Of a stretch of DNA of 64,000 nt, positions 58,401 through 64,000 are shown piece after piece. Made by a program: the position numbers and the translations under genes. Origin of the DNA: Marinilabiliaceae bacterium JC017 (GTDB taxonomy: Bacteria; Bacteroidota; Bacteroidia; Bacteroidales; Marinilabiliaceae); contig RHGE01000010.1 of the NCBI GenBank assembly GCA_004296775.1, forward strand, positions 39,250 through 103,249, in the 5' to 3' direction. Position 1 is the stretch's first letter. Each line of letters begins with the position of its first letter. The notes below the pieces were generated by a model, which did not search any database, was not told where the DNA came from, and saw nothing but the letters and a program-made list of their open reading frames with translations.

Positions 58401-60928
58401 GGACCGAGACGCGTCGTTATAAAATTGTACACGATGATGATGTTAAAAATATAAGCTCTACCTGGCTGGACGAGGCATCGCCATTGGGTGAGTTAAACAT
58501 GGGACACCCCGAGACATTGAGTGATTTTGTGGAGTGGGGCATGAAAAGTTTTCCGTCAGAAAAAACCATGTTGATTCTTTGGGATCATGGTGGTGGTTGG
58601 AGAGCCGAACAAGAAGATAATAGCTTCACATTAACCAAAGGTGTTTGCTGGGATGATACAGATGGTGGTGATTTTCTTGAGATGCGTGAAGTGGCTTCTG
58701 CACTGGATGTGGTGAAAAACAACACCAATAAAGCGGTTAATGTATTGGGTTTCGATGTGTGTTTGGCAGGTATGGTGGAAGTAGCTTACCAGGTGAAAGA
58801 TGTGGTGGCAGATAATATGGTCTTTTCGCAAGCACTGGTTCCCGGCACCGGATGGGATTATGACGCCTGGCTCAATGTCCTTGCCGCTAATCCTGAAATT
58901 AGTTCCGAAGAGCTGTCCATGGCGGCGGTTAATACATACAGAGAAAACTATATGGGACGAAGCCATGTAACCATGTCGGCATTGGATGTGTCGAAACTGG
59001 GAGCCGTAAAAAACGCCCTTGATCAGTTTGTAATAACGTATTCAAATGCCGCGGTGGAACCTGCCATTGTGAATGCGGCTTTTAATAAAGGAGCGCTATT
59101 GGATTCACGGGAGAATTACATCGATCTGGGACTCTTTGCTGATTATTGTTCCAAATACTTGTTGAATAACCAAACAAAAGCGGCCGCTGCTGATGTGTTG
59201 GCAAAAATCAATGATGCCATTGTGGTTACCGGAAACACCGGCGTTTTTGATGAATGTAAAGGATTGAATATCTATTTCCATAAGTTTGAGGATTACGAAT
59301 GGGAAGATTACCGGGCGCCTTACTGTGATTTTGCCGATGAAAGTAACTGGAAATCTTTTGTGCAGAATTACGATAATGACGGGATGCCTCCTGTTTTCAT
59401 TGATGGTTATCCGAAAGCACAAAACATTTCATCCAATGTGTTCGATTTGGTTGTAAAAACCAGCAAAACAGGGAAAGGCTATTTTGTAGTGTTGGATAAT
59501 GAGGCTGGTATTCCTTCCGTGAACCAGGTGAAAGCGGGTAAAGATGCCCGAAATCAAATTCTGGACAACAATAAAAAAGGAGTGATTAATTTCACCCGAT
59601 ATGAAATGGCCAGTCAGGCTGTTTCGGGGCTGACTGAATCTACCGAGTACGACATCTATTTTGTGTTGGAAGATCAAATGGGGCAGACGTCAAGCGAGGT
59701 GAAGAAATTTGAGGTAACCACCTTAGACCGTAAAGTGGCCACGTTTGAAAGACTCTTGCTGCCGAATAATGCCTTCTGGAAAGGAGCGGATTATAGCGGT
59801 AGCTTTGTCGACGGCGGTTTTGTATTCCCCAATAATTATGATCCAAGTGTATGGAGTGGGTTCGGTTACTCCAATTGTACCGACAATACAGGTACGGGTA
59901 TATATGGAGAATTTACTGCCAGTGCTGGTGGTGGTGCTGAAAACTCCAAAAATTATGGGGTCTCCTATGTACGGGGAACTTTTGTCAGAGTCGCTATTGA
60001 AGATGCCGGAGAGGGCGTACCTGTTTCCGGATTGTATGTGACCAACAATGATTATGCGGTTTCGTCCATGGAGTCGTCTGATAATTTTGGTAAAAAATTT
60101 GGTGGTGACAGCGGTGATGATCCCGACTGGTTTAAACTAACCATTAAAGGGGTAGATGCCCAGGGGCATTACACCGGTGATGTGGATTTCTACCTGGCAG
60201 ATTTTCGTTTTGAGGATAATTCGAAAGATTACATCGTGAAGAGTTGGGAATGGGTAGATTTAACGGCCCTTGGAAATGTGGTGAAACTGGAGTTTAGTCT
60301 AACCTCTTCGGATAATGACCCAACGTATGGCATGAATACACCGGCCTATTTTTGCCTGGATAATCTGAATGCCAAAGCACCGCACGACCATGCCCCGATA
60401 GTGAAAAACCAGATAGCTGATATCGTGACCGGTGAAAACGCTGAAAAACGGGTGATTGATCTTTTCAGTGTCTTTGAAGATGAGGATGGTGATGATTTAT
60501 CCTTCCGGGTGGCAGCAAATACCAACCAGCAGTTAGTGGATGCAAGCATTGATAAGGGTGAATTAACCCTGTTGTTTACCCCGGCTAAACGAGGAGAAGC
60601 GACTGTAACCATCGAAGCCACTGCGAATGGCAAGACCGTGACTACCTCCTTTAAGGTAACTGTTGAGGCCGCTACGGCGATGGATGAAGCGGGTATCACA
60701 ACCATTAATGTGTATCCGAACCCATGCGGTAATCAACTGAACATCGACGGAGGCGATGAGTTGATTCAATCGGTTAAAGTGATTGACCTGGCAGGACAGG
60801 TTGTGCTGATTAAGCAACCTAATGCGGCTAAGGTGCAGCTAAATACCGGCGCTCTTAAGAGTGGTGTTTACATTGTTACCATTGAGATCAATAATAAATT
60901 CTTACACAAACGTGTAATTCGACGATAA
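52442..60928 (+). CDS. Giant (2828 aa) T9SS-secreted multidomain protein. It has a MAM-like N-terminus, repeated CUB-like domains, a right-handed beta-helix region, FN3/Ig-like domains, a clostripain-like (C11, clan CD) cysteine peptidase domain, a cadherin/Ig-like domain and a T9SS CTD. The start is probably the Met at 52472.
   Basis: Signal peptide after 'MRKVYLLLIF'. CUB-like 'FYDDGGPLGNYS', 'FYDNGGASGNYS' and 'FLDDGGKENPHG'. Beta-helix repeats lie at about aa 1230-1500. The C11 His/Cys dyad is 'LILWDHGGGW' plus 'GFDVCLAG'. The C-terminal 'INVYPNPCGNQLNI...GVYIVTIEINNKF' is a CTD. Confidence 0.85.
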   Translation: MIFSFLNQNKMRKVYLLLIFAFLNILYLNAQEIFNEGFEDSFSSSGWLHEKDAGNSYGWRILKSSTHCINAPHAGEKFVEFESYFTTAGKGAMLISPTVKVPDKLFRLDFYSVVSGRSNGLHVDLSMDGGATWTEDVLSIEKTAKETQWTRHNVDISEYLPCENLKIRFRAISSCGSGKCNIALDDVRIYKPQDMVYQSGTTVQNNTSVVAIGSQDAEVIGVKINCKGALLPLSVNGLTFDLSSSTQISDITKAKVYYTGSASVFKTDHLYSEVSNIATGIALSGNQELVEGDNYFWLAFDISADAADGNVIDAGCNKIKIGSDEKVPGMVNPDGNRVLKNMVLMSKGTKNIKVNKTVVFYDDGGPLGNYSKQFDGVVIFEPIDDSHKVQIDFSKFKTGSLHTLTIYDGNSTAAEKIDVYSGSTSLGLIKSTSDDGCLTVKFHVGYSEGQEGWEAEVSNYQPQSMTYVSSNAFQDNLDALSPGDVKNELIGCCVSTQGLLSPLTAKSLLLSFSGTTNLADIEKVTLFYGKETKNFNSSGNIKVAEITDLQNEQLTIDFSRPLVTGKNYFWVAVDIAASAGHTNIVDARITKVNISQSDYMPEKSNPEGSRQILRIYQMEKDKEIITSGGLFYDNGGASGNYSGSFDGCMIFKPLNPKNKIRMSFSMLDIKEGWNASEDYLIIYDGPDKNAPELGKFYGQTLPPVLTSTASDGSLCIYFKANSWSNAKGWEAKISEYIPKDMEFIGSEIIPFSDEGVCKGAMDQPIIGLKLNVEGSLKPLSCQQIKIDTKGTQGINKIKLYSTGKKDLFNNDNLVGEKIVEGESVTFDVDQTFLEGINYYWVAYDVSPDANEGDRLKADCSELVISGIKYSNTDAQLAGREVINYVNMPVTTNNVVVVNDEILFLDDGGKENPHGKDVKGSIVFKPADPSKKVKVEFSEFELQNYGVDFYVFNGQETNGSNTIANLKGSDIPDPVKSTSADGALRFYFKSASMFTQKPGWVSRVYCYEPRSLFLERAVAIQKERKFLRPEAKDQVILGVELNIAGEQDELNVQKLTFSTEGCTKSTDISSAKLYYTSNDEEFSTDEKIGEVKAPFGDFTFELDKTIKAEGTYHFWLCFDIAVDAKPGDIVDAILKSITVDGQTVTVEKGNPIGKRVIRKALNGAYSISNDLSVDADFISFSEAAEALNVLGITGDVTFNVADGEYEDAFVLNEVTGSSVDNQIVFKSVSGNRNKVVVKYFGKPKAPSLMILDGADYVTFEGMTFKNTGVTYGRIVEIYNEANCNKFINNVFEGVEASDYDSDHYKTIIYGGGYDCKSLDNNNEFRGNHFKEGNIAVYLKGVNAISEFETGLILANNTFENQYSKSVYLNCQDHLVIEGNSFIQSDNKGDFKAIDVFQSHKDVKVVANKFNLNCGSNKCTGILLRNFNSVDESKTIVFNNLVYVKSGNFSYGVHLSDIDFIDLLHNTVKIDGSGTSSKGLYIEKGRSSVIDHLRIINNIFSIYTGGYAIWSKAEGTNTIISNNDYYSDNTAEHFIKYGAIEVNSLEAFQTAFPADANSISVDPGFNSETDLHISGTNLRFGRPVENVMEDFDGELRNAATPYIGADEIPDATFEGGYPKFEEVTAVSADMLVKSNETGEVYFLLLPKGAELPSKAQIKAGKDANDQEPLKKGNIAIEANREGKTSITGLTEKTAYDVVLVEEKANGGFSGILRLCLATLDITAPEFINETPELVQVSDQDALFKAEINEPGFIYYALCDNSVETLSVEYVMNGNNSIAFGKINADKENEIPCNQLNAATNYNLFVVAQDDQPNANTQSNVAKISFKTLNSIGVSNFVAQAVQGSRINLAWEQPSQAQNVLVVYSTDNNFGRPQTGESYQAGDLLGDGGTVLYSGKGKSFNHTGIESGHTYYYRIYTYSKDREYSQYVEDYAVLKYDKWTVLVYLDGDNNLEGNAIKDINEMESVDLPENVNVIVQMDRSPSEDYSNGNWTETRRYKIVHDDDVKNISSTWLDEASPLGELNMGHPETLSDFVEWGMKSFPSEKTMLILWDHGGGWRAEQEDNSFTLTKGVCWDDTDGGDFLEMREVASALDVVKNNTNKAVNVLGFDVCLAGMVEVAYQVKDVVADNMVFSQALVPGTGWDYDAWLNVLAANPEISSEELSMAAVNTYRENYMGRSHVTMSALDVSKLGAVKNALDQFVITYSNAAVEPAIVNAAFNKGALLDSRENYIDLGLFADYCSKYLLNNQTKAAAADVLAKINDAIVVTGNTGVFDECKGLNIYFHKFEDYEWEDYRAPYCDFADESNWKSFVQNYDNDGMPPVFIDGYPKAQNISSNVFDLVVKTSKTGKGYFVVLDNEAGIPSVNQVKAGKDARNQILDNNKKGVINFTRYEMASQAVSGLTESTEYDIYFVLEDQMGQTSSEVKKFEVTTLDRKVATFERLLLPNNAFWKGADYSGSFVDGGFVFPNNYDPSVWSGFGYSNCTDNTGTGIYGEFTASAGGGAENSKNYGVSYVRGTFVRVAIEDAGEGVPVSGLYVTNNDYAVSSMESSDNFGKKFGGDSGDDPDWFKLTIKGVDAQGHYTGDVDFYLADFRFEDNSKDYIVKSWEWVDLTALGNVVKLEFSLTSSDNDPTYGMNTPAYFCLDNLNAKAPHDHAPIVKNQIADIVTGENAEKRVIDLFSVFEDEDGDDLSFRVAANTNQQLVDASIDKGELTLLFTPAKRGEATVTIEATANGKTVTTSFKVTVEAATAMDEAGITTINVYPNPCGNQLNIDGGDELIQSVKVIDLAGQVVLIKQPNAAKVQLNTGALKSGVYIVTIEINNKFLHKRVIRR

Positions 60929-61386
60929 CCACTGTTTGTAGATTTGGAATCCGTTGGTTGAGAGTGCCTGGCACTCTTGGCTGGCGGATTTTTTTTATGG
61001 GCAGATAAAAGCTGAATAAAGAATATCAGCACTTCGATTACTTCATGGCGTAAGACCTGTAGCCAAAAGAAGTAATTTAAGCCCCCAAAAAGCACCACAC
61101 CATCGAACCAGAATTGTCTGCCACAAAATAACAACAGCTGTATTTGTGTATGCAGGCAACCGCAAAACTTCCTTTTCTCCTCGTAGCCTTCCGTTGGGTA
61201 GGTATCCCTGCTTTATTTTATTTGAATAATGATTATGGTATCGTTTGAGGATTATTGTTTATTTTTAAGGGCAATAATTTTCGATAATGCGAGACGAATA
61301 CTTGGGGATATTGGCATTGTTGCTGTTGGGAAGTAGTTGTTTAATGGTGATAAAAGAAATAACAACAAATAGAATAATAGGAATTT

Positions 61387-61764
61387 ATGAATCAATTTAC
61401 ATCAGCTCAATTAATAATGTTAGGGATAATAATTTTTGTAATACTATGGACATTATTAATTGGACGTTTTTGGTTAAAAGCACTTTTGTCAGGAATAAGA
61501 ATTACTCCGTTGCATATTCTAATGATGAGATTAAGAGGAACACCCGTTTCATTAGTATTAAATGAATTAATAAAAGCTGTGAAATCCGGAATTGTAATTG
61601 ATATAAATGAGCTTGAGGCGTGTACTCTTGGCGGCGGAAATCTAAAGAATGTTGTAGATGGTTTAATTTATGCAAAGCATAAAGGAATTGAATTTACTAT
61701 TAAAGATGCAATGCAAATAGATATAGAAAGACGTGACGTTGTGAAATATTTAAGGAATAAATAG
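61387..61764 (+). CDS. FloA (flotillin-like, UPF0365) N-terminal fragment-like small ORF, possibly a truncated remnant.
   Basis: 'ITPLHILMMRLRGTPVSLVLNELIKAVKSGIVIDINELEACTLGGGNLKNVVDGLIYAKHKGIEFTIKDAMQIDIERRDVVKYL' matches the FloA N-terminal roughly 120 aa. The full FloA SPFH body is absent. It lies in a locally AT-rich stretch. Confidence 0.4.
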   Translation: MNQFTSAQLIMLGIIIFVILWTLLIGRFWLKALLSGIRITPLHILMMRLRGTPVSLVLNELIKAVKSGIVIDINELEACTLGGGNLKNVVDGLIYAKHKGIEFTIKDAMQIDIERRDVVKYLRNK

Positions 61765-62059
61765 AGAAACAAAGAGTATATGCCCTTAAATACCCTTTCC
61801 AGCTCCGCAGAATCAATGCTATCTGTAAAACGACACCCTGTTAAGTTTTTCGACCAACGATGGACATAAAATAAGTATATGCGCCCACAGATAGTGAAAC
61901 CTATTACCGGAGGAGCGGGATACAGGAATTAACTAAAGGAAAATCATGAACGGCTATCGTAAAAAAATAAATCAATAACAGTTTCTGCCCCCAACCCAGA
62001 ACATCCAACCCAGAACTCAACTCCCAGGATCCCCAACCCAAAACCTAAAATCCATCTCC

Positions 62060-62791
62060 CTAATCCACCTCTACCAGTTTTTTATTGGCTCTGCGGGTAG
62101 CGCGTGAACGTGCCTGTGTTTCAATGGCGGCAGCGCCTTCCTGGATGGCGTCCATGATCTCTTTATAGGCTTTGTTCCCGTCGAATTCACTTTGGTAGCT
62201 CCAGCCGGGTAGTACTTTCCAAAGAAACGAAATCGTTTCCTTACCCAATTCCGAGGCCGTTTGGCCGTTATTGGTTGCTGAATTTTCCACTTTATGGGTG
62301 AATATCTTTTCAAACTCATCCACAGCGCCGCACCATTCGTCCAGTTCCGCTGTTAGTTCCAGGTCGGTTATGATCTGTAGGTTTTCCGGTTCTTTCAATT
62401 CAGTAATCAAACTACGTGACACGGTAAGTTGCCTGTTGTAGCCAAAAGCGAATAGCGACCAGCCATGGCGACGTATGATGGATTCAATCAGGTTGGCTTT
62501 GGGGCGTAACGATTTGTCTTTAATGGTGTGCTTTTTTGCGGTGACGCTAAAACGAAAGCAGAGAAAAGCATTTTTTTGCTCTTCATCCTGTTGCTTCAGA
62601 ATAGTTGTAAACGAGTTCCCCTTTTCTTTAAAAATGGCCTGTTCCAATTTGTCGCGCAGGGCCATTAGACGGTCATAAATGGGTTGCAAAGCAGGTAATT
62701 CACTAAGTTTCTTCTCCAGGATCTTTATTATTAATTGAAGAAACAGAAACCGTTCGGATAAGTTGAACAATGATAATGGAATTTCTTTCAT
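62060..62791 (-). CDS. Hypothetical protein.
   Basis: A 243-aa ORF with coding-like composition and no recognised domain. Confidence 0.45.
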   Translation of the reverse strand: MKEIPLSLFNLSERFLFLQLIIKILEKKLSELPALQPIYDRLMALRDKLEQAIFKEKGNSFTTILKQQDEEQKNAFLCFRFSVTAKKHTIKDKSLRPKANLIESIIRRHGWSLFAFGYNRQLTVSRSLITELKEPENLQIITDLELTAELDEWCGAVDEFEKIFTHKVENSATNNGQTASELGKETISFLWKVLPGWSYQSEFDGNKAYKEIMDAIQEGAAAIETQARSRATRRANKKLVEVD

Positions 62792-63397
62792 AAGGCCGTT
62801 GTTTTGGATTAAGAGTTAATTATTTGACAGGATTACCAAGATTTACATGATAGAGAACTAATTGGTATTATTTCTGAATGGTGATGTTTTCGGAAAATTC
62901 CGGATCCTTCATGTATTCGTATTTTATTATGCATTTCTACTTATTATTTAGTTCTTCCGGTCAGAAAATCAGCCCTTCATTTACGTTATTGATTGACCGT
63001 TTGACTAATTCAATAATTATATTGATCCATTTTCTCGAATAGGAACCGGTATGGATAGTATAAATTCACCAACAATTTTATTAGTTGTAATTAGAACTAT
63101 AAAATTCAATTCGGTAATTCATTGAATGATGAAAAGCATACTCAAATTATTGAAATAGATAATAGCATGCAAATTTATTATCTGTCTTTGGCCGGGATAA
63201 AAAAGTGTTCAAAAAAGGATATTAGGCCTTTTTATTGCCATGAAAAAGTGCCCGAATAGGGCATAAAAGTGATTTAATCATAAGGACAGTCAGAATATCA
63301 ATGTCTGGAAATGGTTGGTTATTTTAAAAAGAACAGGCAGGGTATAAAAATAGATTTTTACTGATATATCGGTAACTAATTAACAACTGGAAAAAAT

Positions 63398-63745
63398 CAG
63401 GAGATCATACAGCGACCGAATAAGAGGCTGGTAAAATTCAGGACATCATTCAATGAAAAAATAAGAAGCTGGTAGAATTTAGGATATCATTCAACGACAA
63501 AATGAGAGGCTGGCAAAATTTAGGACATCATTTAATGAAAAAATGAGAAGCTGGTAGAATTTAGGAAGTCATTTAATGAAAAAATGAAAGGCTGGCTAAA
63601 TTTAGATTGTCATTTAATGAAAAAATGAAAGGCTGGCTAAATTTAGATTGTCATTTAATGAAAAAATGAGAGGCTGGTAGAATTTAGGACATCATTCAAC
63701 GACAAAATGAGAAACTGGCAAAATTTAGGATATCGTGTCCGAACA
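63398..63745. repeat. Tandem repeat of about 8 units of 41-43 bp (aaaaaatgagaggctggtagaatttaggacatcatttaatg).
   Basis: Directly visible. The unit length is not a multiple of 3. It is followed by the inverted repeat ccgggaatagc...gctattccgg at 63767-63803. Confidence 0.8.
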
Positions 63746-64000
63746 AAAATCAGGCAGTGAAAAACGCCGGGAATAGCATGTTTCACAGGCTATTCCGGTT
63801 GAATTATACTACAGACGTGGAGTCTTTTAAAACAAACCACCTCGATTTTTATTGCTTACTCAATGAAAATCACCCCTCCTAAAACTTTCCTACTCTTTAT
63901 ACTGATTATTGTTAAATATCCAATTGTATTAATTAAAGTGGATAAGTTGTTGAAAAACAGCAAAAAACAAGAGCGTAAGTTTCATAAATAATGTTATTTT

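Overview
This 64-kb window appears to come from a Bacteroidetes chromosome. Many of the secreted proteins end in T9SS C-terminal sorting domains. The window is dense with Cys-type (formylglycine) sulfatases: nine sulfatase domains, including one fused to a glycoside hydrolase. It also encodes a CE4 deacetylase, an SGNH esterase, a GH31 alpha-glucosidase and a GH13 alpha-amylase, which suggests a sulfated-polysaccharide utilisation region. No SusC/SusD pair is present in the window. Between the sulfatase blocks sits a minus-strand cluster that runs YbjN-like, PspA, DUF4178-like, RS-rich lipoprotein, DUF350 membrane protein, membrane-fused spermidine synthase, SAM decarboxylase and K+ channel. 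A PspC-domain gene lies nearby. The most system-like locus is at 36.7-38.5 kb. It encodes a GG-leader precursor peptide (leader ending LKGG, Pro/Gly/Thr-rich core) next to a radical-SAM/SPASM maturase. Flanking it are a MATE exporter, an unrecognisable 1158-aa cytoplasmic protein, long C-depleted non-coding stretches and a 42-bp degenerate tandem array. A second candidate module has an HTH-WYL regulator divergent from an atypical SPFH protein and an RtcB RNA ligase, with tRNA 3'-end-like fragments in the shared intergenic region. A roughly 200-bp structured non-coding element occurs twice (about 6.5 kb and 43.2 kb). The two copies show compensatory base changes in three hairpins, and both lie upstream of carbohydrate-active genes. 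A short TCTA-phased motif recurs at nine or more intergenic sites. Four distinct tandem-repeat arrays are present (21-bp x17, 84-bp x4, 42-bp array, 43-bp x8). A 2828-aa T9SS-secreted protein carries CUB-like repeats, a beta-helix and a clostripain-like (C11) peptidase domain. No CRISPR array, rRNA gene or intact tRNA gene was identified.
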